24,349 nucleotides of DNA from an uncultured Phycisphaeraceae bacterium (lineage in GTDB: Bacteria; Planctomycetota; Phycisphaerae; Phycisphaerales; UBA1924): contig CAYZFW010000002.1 in assembly GCA_964477615.1 (NCBI GenBank), positions 1 through 24,349 of the forward strand. Direction: 5' to 3'. How positions within the stretch are numbered: position 1 is the first letter of the stretch; each line of letters opens with the position of its first letter. Below the pieces are notes generated by a model that was not told where the DNA came from, did not search any database, and worked only from the letters and a program-made list of their open reading frames with translations. This document shows, piece after piece, positions 1 to 8,949 of the stretch. Both the position numbers and the translations under genes were made by a program.

Positions 1-1921
1 CGCGGTCGACCATGGGGCTGCCGCCGGCGCCGGTGTCGGCGACGGAGTTGATGTTCACGCGGCGGGCGTTGCCGAGGATGTCGACGGGGATCTGCTCGAC
101 GAAGTTGCTGTCCTGGTCCACGTCGGAGACGTCGGCGGAGACCTGGGCGTTGTCACCGGCATCGATGGCGGGGCTGGTGATCTGGAGGCGGCAGTTGTCG
201 TCGGTGGTGCCGATGGTGTTGTCGGAGCCGTCGGCGTCCACGAAGAGGGGGTTGGCGCCGGCGGCGCCGGCGAGACCCTGAAGGGTCGTGAACGACGAGG
301 TGTAGGTGGAGCCGTTGTTGAGGTCGTTGAAGACGTTCTCGTTGGTGGTGTTGTTGACGATGGGGTCGGTGTTGCCCCAGAAGATGCAGTTGCGGGCCGT
401 GAGGTCGGCGCCGTTCCGGACGGCGACGCCGCCGTAGGAGCCGTTGGTGTAGTTTCCCGAGACGGTGCAGTTCCGCATGATGAGGTCCGCGGCCTCGTTG
501 TCGGCGTAGACCGCGCCGCCGTAGGAGAGTTCCGCGTCGGCGTGGTTGCCGGAGAAAAGGCAGTTGACGAGTTCGCCGGGGCCGTTGCCGAAGAAGGCGC
601 CGCCGCCGTTGCCGATGGATTCGTTGCCGATGAACTCGCAGTTAACGAGGCGCTGGTTGAGGGAGGACTCGGAGGCGAAGCCGCCGCCCTCGCCGTTGTA
701 GCAGTTGTTCTGGTAGAAGAGGCAGTCGGTGAAGGTGGGGATGCCGCCGGAGACGAAGACGCCCGCGCCCTTGAAGGTGGCCTCGTTACCAATGAACTTG
801 CAGCGGCGGATCTGGGGCGAGCCGCTGAGGATGCGGAGGCCGCCGCCGACGTGCTGGTTGTCCGCCGAGGCGCCGCTGGCGCGGCCGCGGGTGATCGTGA
901 AGCCGTCAATAAGGGTCGAGGAGTTGGTGCCGTCGGCGATCACGACGTTGTATGAGTTGTCGGTCTGCGCGGCGGAGTTGATCGAGCCGCTCATGGCGGT
1001 GATGAAGACTTCGGGGTTGGTGCGCTGGCTGAGCGAGGTCTCGGTGCCGGCGAACCCGCCGTAGAGCTTCAGGCCGCTGGGGATGACGAAGGCGGCGTCA
1101 CGGTTGGTGCTGGACTGGAACCGGGTGGGGTAGTAGAAGCCGCTGGCGACCCAGACTTCGCAGTTCGATCCGCCGACCATGGCGGCGAAGTCGAGGGCGT
1201 CGTTGAGGTACTGGTAGGGCTCGGTCCAGGAGTCGCCGTTGTAGGCGCTGAAGGCGGCGTCCTTGTCGACGTACTTGCGGACGGGGAAGCCGCCGCCGGG
1301 GAGCTTGACGAGCTGGAAGCCATTGACAACGCCGGCGGCGGTGGTGCCGCGGATCTTGATGGTGATCGAGCCGCCGGCGGCGACAGTCTTGGAGTGGATG
1401 ATGTGGGAGATGTTGAACTGCGAGAAGGAATTGGCGGAGAGGAACCCGCCGCACTGGATGACATCGGGCCCGCCCGCGGACACGACCTCGACGTCGGTCT
1501 CGACGCCGACGCCGCCGGTGCCGGTGCTGTGGGCGTAGGTGTAGAGGAGGTAGTCGCCCGCTTCGAGTTTGTTGAAGGAGTAGACGAGCTCGCCGCCGAG
1601 GGCGATCGAGTGCCAGTCGTTGTAGAGCGAGGCGAAGTCAAAGATCATGAGGTTGCCGCCCGACGAGTTGCTGTTGGCGGGGCGGGTGAACGTGGCCGAC
1701 GAAGTGGTTCCGTCGAGGCGCTCGAGCAGGGTGGTGAACGGGGTGGCGTGCCCGCTGGCGTTCCACTGGCCTGGCTGCTCGGCGGCGCCGCCGTAGGAAG
1801 ACGGGGGCAGGCCCGCGCCGGGCTGACCGACGGGGGCGTCGATGTCGACGTTGAAGGACTGGGCGTGCCCGGCGGCACAGGACAGGGCGATCGCGCCCGC
1901 GGCGAACAGACTGCGGTTCAT
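1..1921 (-). CDS. Secreted right-handed beta-helix (pectin-lyase-like) protein with choice-of-anchor-Q-like motif; 3' end runs out of the window
   Basis: Absent from the ORF track because it has no stop in the window. Hand translation from ATG 1921 gives MNRSLFAAGAIALSCAAGHA|QSFNVDI (signal peptide) and stays open for 640 codons. It contains YVDKDA..NGDSW..PYQYLNDAL..EVWVASG.Y, LYGGFAGTETSLSQR, repeated 'NC.F.GN' / 'GGG' beta-helix turns, NPLFVD and SPAIDAGDN, and ends MVDR at the edge. Confidence 0.88.
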   Translation of the reverse strand, partial: MNRSLFAAGAIALSCAAGHAQSFNVDIDAPVGQPGAGLPPSSYGGAAEQPGQWNASGHATPFTTLLERLDGTTSSATFTRPANSNSSGGNLMIFDFASLYNDWHSIALGGELVYSFNKLEAGDYLLYTYAHSTGTGGVGVETDVEVVSAGGPDVIQCGGFLSANSFSQFNISHIIHSKTVAAGGSITIKIRGTTAAGVVNGFQLVKLPGGGFPVRKYVDKDAAFSAYNGDSWTEPYQYLNDALDFAAMVGGSNCEVWVASGFYYPTRFQSSTNRDAAFVIPSGLKLYGGFAGTETSLSQRTNPEVFITAMSGSINSAAQTDNSYNVVIADGTNSSTLIDGFTITRGRASGASADNQHVGGGLRILSGSPQIRRCKFIGNEATFKGAGVFVSGGIPTFTDCLFYQNNCYNGEGGGFASESSLNQRLVNCEFIGNESIGNGGGAFFGNGPGELVNCLFSGNHADAELSYGGAVYADNEAADLIMRNCTVSGNYTNGSYGGVAVRNGADLTARNCIFWGNTDPIVNNTTNENVFNDLNNGSTYTSSFTTLQGLAGAAGANPLFVDADGSDNTIGTTDDNCRLQITSPAIDAGDNAQVSADVSDVDQDSNFVEQIPVDILGNARRVNINSVADTGAGGSPMVDR

Positions 1922-2061
1922 GGGGACTTCTCCGATGTGGGTTGCGTGGGAATGATCTGTGACGGGCGGACCCGCCACGACCCCATGCGACAACGACCGT
2001 CGGGGCGGCTAACGAATCCGGTTCTCGGGCGCGGGTTCACGGAATCCTCAAGGTCCGGCGA

Positions 2062-2580
2062 TCAGGCGTCGGAACCTTCGGGCTGAGGCGGGGGCGGCTG
2101 CGGGGGCGTCAGCGATTGGATGTACCCGCGGAGGATCGCGGCCGCGGCGAGGGCGTCGCGGCGCTGCTTCTTCTGCTTGTGGGTGAGCCCTGAGCCGGCC
2201 ATCTGCCAGTCGGCGTCGGCGCTCGTGAGGCGCTCATCGTGGTAGGCGATCTCGGCACGGATGTTTGGGGCCAGGCGGGCTCCGAAGGCGCGGACCTTCG
2301 CGGCGGCTGGGCCTTCGGTGCCGTCCATATTGAGCGGGAGGCCGATGACAACACGCGAAGGGGCGTGCACTTCGATGAGGCGGATAACGTGCCGGAGAAG
2401 CTCTTCCCCACCAGCAGCGGTGATGGGGGTTTCGATCACGTCGACGGGGGAGACGATGCGCGTGAGGGTGTCGCCGGCCGCCACGCCGGTGCGTTTATCG
2501 CCGAGGTCGATCGCGAGGAGTCGGAGCACGGTGGGATTGAACGTGGGCGCAGCGGGGAAGTCGAATCGGGGGCTGGACAT
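2062..2580 (-). CDS. ruvX: YqgF/RuvX family RNase H-fold nuclease (pre-16S rRNA maturation / putative Holliday junction resolvase)
   Basis: LLAIDLGDKRTGVA, VVIGLPLNMDGTEG, YHDERLTS and DALAAAAIL are the canonical YqgF motifs. 172 aa. Confidence 0.95.
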   Translation of the reverse strand: MSSPRFDFPAAPTFNPTVLRLLAIDLGDKRTGVAAGDTLTRIVSPVDVIETPITAAGGEELLRHVIRLIEVHAPSRVVIGLPLNMDGTEGPAAAKVRAFGARLAPNIRAEIAYHDERLTSADADWQMAGSGLTHKQKKQRRDALAAAAILRGYIQSLTPPQPPPPQPEGSDA

Positions 2581-2768
2581 TGGCGTGCCTCAACCCATGG
2601 GGTGGCACGATCCCTCCCACGAGCCGAACAAAGTCGCCAGCGTCACGGATTTCACGCAGTTTTCGCTTGCTCCGCGGCGTGCCGGGCCTGAGACTTGTCT
2701 CGTTGGCCCCGGCGTCCGCCCGCTCGTTGCTCTGTCCGCGCCGGGTCATCGGTGTTTCACGTCTCCAG

Positions 2769-5207
2769 ATGTTCGCGGCTGTGAATCTGCGCTCACCGAG
2801 TCTGACGGTCGCTTCGGCTCTTGCGCTCATCGCGGGGCAGGGTGTGTGCTGCGCCGCAGATGCCCCGGAGTCGAACCCCGGCGCGGCGTCCATCGCGTGC
2901 TACCCGTCCGACCCGACGCCCGAGCAACTCGCGTACATCCGGCGCGTGCGGGCGCTCGCCCCGACGCAGTCGCCGATTGATCCCTCGCGGTTCATCCTCG
3001 ACACGTTCTGCTGGCAGGCGGGCGGGTCGGTGGGTGTCGGCGGCGGCGCGCTGCCGGTTGATCTCACCTACTCGTTCCCCAAGGACACGACGATCTGGGG
3101 GCTCAGCGGGATCAGCCAGCCGCTGGCGAGCGAACTGAACCAGAAGCTCATCGCGCTGTTCGGATCGGGCAATCTCGATCTCGGACGCGAGCACATCCGC
3201 CAGGCGATGGCGTCGTGGCGGCGCGCGGCGGGGGTCCGGTATCAAGAGGTCGCCGACGACGCCGCGCCGATGGACCAGCTTGAATCCCGAGTGGGAACGC
3301 GGGGCGATATCCGCATCGGCGGGAACTCACTGGGCATCCAGTTCTTCCTCGCGTACAACGCGTTCCCCTCGGCGCAGGGCGGTGGCATTGCGGGCGGCGG
3401 TGACATGTTCCTCAACACGTCGTACTTCCAGGCGCAGTGGTTCAACAACCCCGCCGACAACTTCCGCTACTTCCGGAACGTGGTGGCCCACGAGCACGGG
3501 CACGGGCTGGGGCTGATCCACACCACGCCGTGCGACAACACGAAACTGATGGAACCGTTCATCTCGCTGCTGTTCGACGGGGCGCAGATCGACGACATCC
3601 GCGCGGTGCAGCGGAACTACGGCGATCGTCTGGCCCCGAACCACACTCCCGCGCAGGCGACGGACCTCGGGGAACTCTCGCTGGTGGGATCGGGGCCGAA
3701 GTCTGTGCGTGAATCACTGCTCTCGACCAACGGCTCGACGGGGATCAACGGGACGAATCAGGACTTCTTCAAGTTCTCGCTCGCCGAGGCGAGGCAGGTC
3801 GTGCTGTCGGCCCAGCCGACGGGCGGGACGTACCCGCAGGGCTCGCAGATCGCCGAGTGCGAGGGGCTGGGGATCGCGAACGTGAACGCGTCGGCGGCGG
3901 GCGACCTCTCGCTGGAACTGCGAGATGCGTCGGGGTTCGGCGTGCTGTTCACCTCCGCCGCGGGCGGCCCGAGTGTGACGGAATCGCTCACGGCGACCCT
4001 GCAGCCAGGGACGTACTACGCACGGGTGTTCGATGTGGGGTTCAACCCCCCGGCGAACCAGGAGGTGCAGCTGTACAACCTGACGGTGCGCGTGGAGGGG
4101 GCGCTCTATCCGCCGCGGGCGATCGGCGGACTGCACAAGCGGTCGTTCGCGAACGCGAAGTGCTTCTTCATCGGGAACGTGTCGTCGTGGGTGAACGAGC
4201 CGGGGGCGACGATGGCGGCGTGGGACTGGGACCTCGACGGCGACGGGACGTTTGAGGCCACGGGAACACAGGTGTTCCGCACGTACCCCTCCAACGGCGT
4301 GATGCCCGTGACGCTGCGGGTGACGGACTCGAACGGGCTGTCGGCCACGGACACGATCAACGTCACGGTGTTCAACGCGTCGGCGTCGATCTCGGCGGTG
4401 ACGCCGGGGGTCGTGCCGCGCGGTGCGCTGACGCCCGTGACCATCCACGGGACGAACTTCAAGGGCGTGGTGAGCGCGTCGCAGTTCAGCACCTCGGGCA
4501 CGGGTGTGACGTTCACGGGCACACCGGTGGTGAACGCTCTGGGCACGCAGGTCTTTGGGCTTTCGGTGTGGGTCAGCCCCTCGGCGGCGCTCACGACCCG
4601 GACCATCAGCGTGACCAACTCTGATGGGCTGGGCGGCCTTTCTGGAAACGCGACCAGTGCACCCTTGCTGACGCTCACGACACCCTCGGCCGCGCCTGGG
4701 CCGTTCGCGCTGCTTTCGCCGGTGAACAACGCCGGGAGCGTGCCGGTGGACCCGGTGCTGTCGTGGGGCCCGGCGACTGGGGCATTCAACTACCGCCTGA
4801 CGGTGGCGCTCGACCCCGGGCTGTCGCGGGTCGTGACGCAGGAAGACATCGCGCCGCCGCTGACCTCGTTCTCGGTCCCGAGCGGGATGTTGGAAGCGGG
4901 CACGGTGTACTTCTGGAGCGTCGAGGCGCAGAACCCGGTTGGCAACACGCTGCCGGTGCCGGAGCCTTCGTTCTCGTTCACGACGCACAGCACGGTGCCG
5001 GTGTGCCAGGGCGATCTGACCGGGGATGGGCTGAGGGACGTGGCCGACCTGGTGGTGTTCCTCGGTGCCTTCGGATCGACGGTGCCCGTGGGCACGGGGG
5101 CGGATCTCAACGCCGATGGTTCGGTGAACGTGCTGGACCTGGTCCGGCTGCTCAGCGTTTTCGGGTACCCGTGCGAGGACGGGATCGGCCGGCCGGTGGC
5201 CCAATAA
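2769..5207 (+). CDS. Secreted matrixin/M10-type metzincin metalloprotease with PPC-like, PKD, Ig/TIG-like, Fn3-like and dockerin-like domains
   Basis: Zn motif HEHGHGLGLIH, Met-turn KLMEP, PKD signature WDWDLDGDGTFE...TLRVTDSNG, C-terminal double DxxxDG loops. Start moved from 2580 (collides with the ruvX start) to ATG 2769, which is followed by a signal-like stretch (MFAAVNLRSPSLTVASALALIAG). 812 aa. Confidence 0.88.
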   Translation: MFAAVNLRSPSLTVASALALIAGQGVCCAADAPESNPGAASIACYPSDPTPEQLAYIRRVRALAPTQSPIDPSRFILDTFCWQAGGSVGVGGGALPVDLTYSFPKDTTIWGLSGISQPLASELNQKLIALFGSGNLDLGREHIRQAMASWRRAAGVRYQEVADDAAPMDQLESRVGTRGDIRIGGNSLGIQFFLAYNAFPSAQGGGIAGGGDMFLNTSYFQAQWFNNPADNFRYFRNVVAHEHGHGLGLIHTTPCDNTKLMEPFISLLFDGAQIDDIRAVQRNYGDRLAPNHTPAQATDLGELSLVGSGPKSVRESLLSTNGSTGINGTNQDFFKFSLAEARQVVLSAQPTGGTYPQGSQIAECEGLGIANVNASAAGDLSLELRDASGFGVLFTSAAGGPSVTESLTATLQPGTYYARVFDVGFNPPANQEVQLYNLTVRVEGALYPPRAIGGLHKRSFANAKCFFIGNVSSWVNEPGATMAAWDWDLDGDGTFEATGTQVFRTYPSNGVMPVTLRVTDSNGLSATDTINVTVFNASASISAVTPGVVPRGALTPVTIHGTNFKGVVSASQFSTSGTGVTFTGTPVVNALGTQVFGLSVWVSPSAALTTRTISVTNSDGLGGLSGNATSAPLLTLTTPSAAPGPFALLSPVNNAGSVPVDPVLSWGPATGAFNYRLTVALDPGLSRVVTQEDIAPPLTSFSVPSGMLEAGTVYFWSVEAQNPVGNTLPVPEPSFSFTTHSTVPVCQGDLTGDGLRDVADLVVFLGAFGSTVPVGTGADLNADGSVNVLDLVRLLSVFGYPCEDGIGRPVAQ

Positions 5208-5321
5208 CGGCGGCGGAGCGTCCCACGGCGTCACACACGGAACCCCAAAGCCCCGGGGGCGTAGACGCCTCTTGGAATCGGGCACGGGCGGGGTATGCTC
5301 TCGTCATCGGGGCTTGACTGC

Positions 5322-8300
5322 GTGCAGACACGAGACCGCGTCATCACGATCCTCGGCGGGGCGGGCGTGCTCGCCGCGCTCCTGCTTTTGCAGCGCTGCG
5401 GCGGCGACGGCGAACCGGGCGCCGCGGTGCTGGGCGGTGCCGCGGGGACCGGCGGGTCCGCTTCGCGGGTGTTCCCGTTCAACGCGCCGGGGGGAGGCGC
5501 GGGCGCGCGGAGCGGGTACAACGGGCCGTCACTTGATTCGCTCGTGCAGGACGCGGCGCGGCGGCGGATGGACCGCTTCGCCAGCGCGCCGGGCGACCCT
5601 GCCCTGCCCCGCGGCGGTGCGGACGACTCGAGCGGGGCCTCGATTTTCGCTGGCGAAACCATGCCGCCGAGGATCGAGGGGCCTGGGAACACCACCGGCG
5701 GTGTGCGGAACCCGCGGCGCTTCAACCCGCGTCCGAACACCGGGACGGTCAACGCGCCCGTGGTCTCGGGGGGCAACGGCGGGGTCTTTCCCGCAAGGCC
5801 GGTGGCGCCGCAGAGGCAAGGGGATGTCAGCGCGATGCTGCGTGCGGCGGCGCTGGCTCAGGAGCAGGCGCAGATCGACGCCGGGAATGTCGACCCCACG
5901 GGTGGAGAAGTTGGCGGGACGGTGACGGAGGGCGGGACATCGGGCCGCGGCGATCTCGCGTCGCTGATCCAGTCTGCGCTCGCGGCGGGAGGCACTGGTT
6001 CGGGTGCGGGTGGCACGGGCTCGGGCGGTGGGCAGTTCATTGTCGGGGGGATTGATCTCACAGAGTTCTTCGCCGGTCAGCCGTTCCCGACCGTCGGCGG
6101 TGGCGCGGGGGGCACGGGCGGAACCGGAGGCACCGGAGGCACCGGGGGAACTGGAGGAACGGGAGGCACCGGGGGGACCGGGGGGACCGGGGGCACGGCG
6201 ACCAACCGGGCACCCGCGGTGGCAACGCTGAGCGCGACGCCGAGCGTGGTCAGCCCGCCGGGGCCGGTTTCCCTCACGGCGGCGGGGGTGAGCGATCCGG
6301 ACAGCGCTTCGAGCGACGCCGGTGGGCGTGTGGCCCGCGTCGAGTTCTTCCTCGATTCCAACAACAACGGCGTGTTCGATGCCGCAACCGATACGGCGCT
6401 GGGTGCCGATACGACGAGTGCCGACGGGTTTGCACTGCTCACCACAGCGCAGAGTGCTTGGCGTCCCGAAGGCGGTGCGGTGCGCGTGTTTGCACGAGCA
6501 CAGGACGGACGGGGACTGGTTTCGAACATCGTCTCCACGCTGGTGACGCTGAACCGTGCGCCGACGCTCGCCTCGCTCACGGCGTCGCCGGCGGTGGTCT
6601 CGACGGGCGCGACGGTGACGCTGTCCGCCGCGGGCGCTTCCGACCCCGATCTACCCGGCGCGGGGCTGGCATCGGTGCGGTTCTTCTTCGACAGCGACAA
6701 CGACGGCACGCTGACCAGCGCGGACACGCTGCTGGCCACGGCGAGCCCGAACACCGGCGGCGGTGCTCAATCTTCTGCCGTCGTTGGTCCGGGTGCGTCC
6801 GGCACGCTGCGGTACTTCGCGGTGGCGCGGGACGGCGCGGGCGTGGACAGCGCGCCCCAGTCCGCGACGGTGAGCGTGAACCGCGCTCCTGTGGCGGGGA
6901 ACCTCGCGCCCTCGTCGGGCTTGGTCGCCCCGCCGGCGAGCCTCACGCTGTCGGCCTCGGGCTTTGCCGATCCTGACGGCGAGTCCGGCACTTTGGGGCT
7001 GGTTTCCGTGGAGTTTTTCCTCGATCTCGACCGCGACGGCGTGGTGGGTACTTCCGACACGTTGATCTCGACTGTGCCCGCTTCGAGTGGTAGCGCGTCG
7101 CTCGTCGTCGATGTCGTTTCGGGCACGACGACCGGCCCCGCGTACCTTGCTCGCGGCGTGGACGGCCAGGGGCTGCGCGGCCCGGCCGCGGCGGCTTCGG
7201 TGGTGGTCAACCGCGCACCGGTGGTGGCTTCGGTGAGCGCGAGCGCTTCGCCGCGGGTGCTGGCTCCGCTGACGTTGTCGGCGGCGGCTTCGGACGTGGA
7301 CCCCGCGCCCGACGCGGTGGAGCGCGTCTCGTTCTACGTGGACACCGACAACAACGGTGCGTTCGACAGCGCGGTGGACGAGCGGCTGGCGATTGACTTT
7401 GTCGCCAGCGCCGGGCTTTACAGCGGCACGGTGACGGCGCGGGCCGAGTGGTCGCCGCAGCGGGTGTTCTTCGCGGTGGCGCGGGACACGCGCGGGGTGG
7501 AGTCGGTGGCCGCGAGCGTGACCGTGTCCATCGGCGCGTTCCCCGACAGCGTGCTGCGCGTGCGCGCGGACGCCGCTCCCGGGGGCGACGGGCTTTCGTG
7601 GGCTTCGGCGTTCGGGACGTTCGCAGCGGCATTCGACACCGCGTCGCGTTCGGGGGGCGTGGTGACGCAGGTGTGGGCCGCGTCTGGCACGTACAGCGGG
7701 CCTGTTGTGTTGGGGCAGCCCATCGCGCTGCTGGGCGGGTTCACGGGCACCAGCGAAACCCAGGAAAGCCAGCGAGACTGGGCCGCAAACCCGACGATCA
7801 TTGATGCGGGCGGCACGGCCCGAGCGCTGGATGTGGCGCACGTGGCCCAGGCCACCATCGACGGCTTCACGATCACGGGCGGGCTTGCCGAGAGCGGCGC
7901 CGGGGTGCGCTCGGCGGCGGTGGCGACGACCATCGCCAACTGCATCATCCGGGGAAACACCAGCACGGGCGCCGGCGGCGCGGGGGTCCACCTTGTGAAC
8001 GCCGGCACGGGCACCCGGCTGGTGAACTGCCTCATCATCGAAAACTCGGCGGGTGGGACGGGCAACGGCGCCGGCGTGCTGATCGGCGATGCCTCCGCGG
8101 GTGTGCTTCTGGCCAACTGCACCATCGCCTCCAACGCCGCGACAACCGCCGGGGCGGGCGCGGTGCACGTGCTCGCGGGCGTGCCGAGCATTGTGAACTG
8201 CATCGTCTCGAACAACGCGTGCGCCGGGATCACGGCGGGTGCCGCAGTGATGCCCGTGGTTGCCAACTGCAATGTCTTCGGGAACGGCGCCCCGGACCTT

Positions 8301-8720
8301 TCGCCGGGCATCTCCCCCACTGCTCCGGTGGCTGGCGATCCGATGTTCACGAATCTCGCCGGTGGTGATTACACCCTCGGCGCGGGTTCGCCGTGCATCG
8401 ATTCGGGGACCACCAGCCAGCCGCCTGCGGAGTTCGCGCTGGACCTTGCGCACCGGGCGCGTGTCGTTCGCGCGACTCCCGGCGGAGCGCTCGCGCCGGA
8501 TGTGGGCGCGTATGAGCGTCCCTGCGCGCCGCCGCCGTGCGCGGGCGATCTCAACGGCGACGGCAGCGTCAACACGGCTGACCTTGTCACATTCCTCGGG
8601 CGGTTCGGAACGGGCGGCGTGAACAACCCCGCCGACCTGAACGGCGATGGGTCCGTGAATACCGCGGACCTGGTGGTGTTCTTGGGGCGGTTCGGGAGTT
8701 CATGCCCGACATGTCCCTAA
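5322..8720 (+). CDS. Large surface/secreted modular protein: N-terminal hydrophobic anchor, Gly-rich linker, 4 Ig-like repeats, beta-helix domain, dockerin-like C-terminus
   Basis: ORF 5295..8720. GTG 5322 is preferred because ATG 5295 sits inside a -10-like TATGCT. Hydrophobic VITILGGAGVLAALLLL followed by QRC; four NRAP-initiated ~110-aa repeats; beta-helix turns (NCIIRGN, NCLIIEN, NCTIASN); SPCIDSG; CAGDLNGDG..ADLNGDG. Confidence 0.85.
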   Translation: MQTRDRVITILGGAGVLAALLLLQRCGGDGEPGAAVLGGAAGTGGSASRVFPFNAPGGGAGARSGYNGPSLDSLVQDAARRRMDRFASAPGDPALPRGGADDSSGASIFAGETMPPRIEGPGNTTGGVRNPRRFNPRPNTGTVNAPVVSGGNGGVFPARPVAPQRQGDVSAMLRAAALAQEQAQIDAGNVDPTGGEVGGTVTEGGTSGRGDLASLIQSALAAGGTGSGAGGTGSGGGQFIVGGIDLTEFFAGQPFPTVGGGAGGTGGTGGTGGTGGTGGTGGTGGTGGTGGTATNRAPAVATLSATPSVVSPPGPVSLTAAGVSDPDSASSDAGGRVARVEFFLDSNNNGVFDAATDTALGADTTSADGFALLTTAQSAWRPEGGAVRVFARAQDGRGLVSNIVSTLVTLNRAPTLASLTASPAVVSTGATVTLSAAGASDPDLPGAGLASVRFFFDSDNDGTLTSADTLLATASPNTGGGAQSSAVVGPGASGTLRYFAVARDGAGVDSAPQSATVSVNRAPVAGNLAPSSGLVAPPASLTLSASGFADPDGESGTLGLVSVEFFLDLDRDGVVGTSDTLISTVPASSGSASLVVDVVSGTTTGPAYLARGVDGQGLRGPAAAASVVVNRAPVVASVSASASPRVLAPLTLSAAASDVDPAPDAVERVSFYVDTDNNGAFDSAVDERLAIDFVASAGLYSGTVTARAEWSPQRVFFAVARDTRGVESVAASVTVSIGAFPDSVLRVRADAAPGGDGLSWASAFGTFAAAFDTASRSGGVVTQVWAASGTYSGPVVLGQPIALLGGFTGTSETQESQRDWAANPTIIDAGGTARALDVAHVAQATIDGFTITGGLAESGAGVRSAAVATTIANCIIRGNTSTGAGGAGVHLVNAGTGTRLVNCLIIENSAGGTGNGAGVLIGDASAGVLLANCTIASNAATTAGAGAVHVLAGVPSIVNCIVSNNACAGITAGAAVMPVVANCNVFGNGAPDLSPGISPTAPVAGDPMFTNLAGGDYTLGAGSPCIDSGTTSQPPAEFALDLAHRARVVRATPGGALAPDVGAYERPCAPPPCAGDLNGDGSVNTADLVTFLGRFGTGGVNNPADLNGDGSVNTADLVVFLGRFGSSCPTCP
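6108..6197 (+). repeat. In-frame 9-bp tandem repeat encoding (GGT)10 linker
   Basis: Ten consecutive Gly-Gly-Thr codon triplets with varied synonymous codons (ggg/ggc/gga; acg/acc/act). Confidence 0.95.
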
Positions 8721-8949
8721 CTCGTTCGAGGCTCGCGCCGAGTTGCAAGATCTTTACACCCGGACGCACCCCGAAAAAGGGAGCGAAAACGGGGAACGCG
8801 GGGCTGGGCGGCGGGCCTCAACCGGTGGACACTTGTTGGTGAGTCCGTGAAGGGGCGGGGAGCGAATCCCCACTTCCGCACAGGGTTCGGGTTCGCCTCG
8901 CATGAAAGACACCTTCGAGACTTCGCCGCATCACACGGGAGACTTCCTC

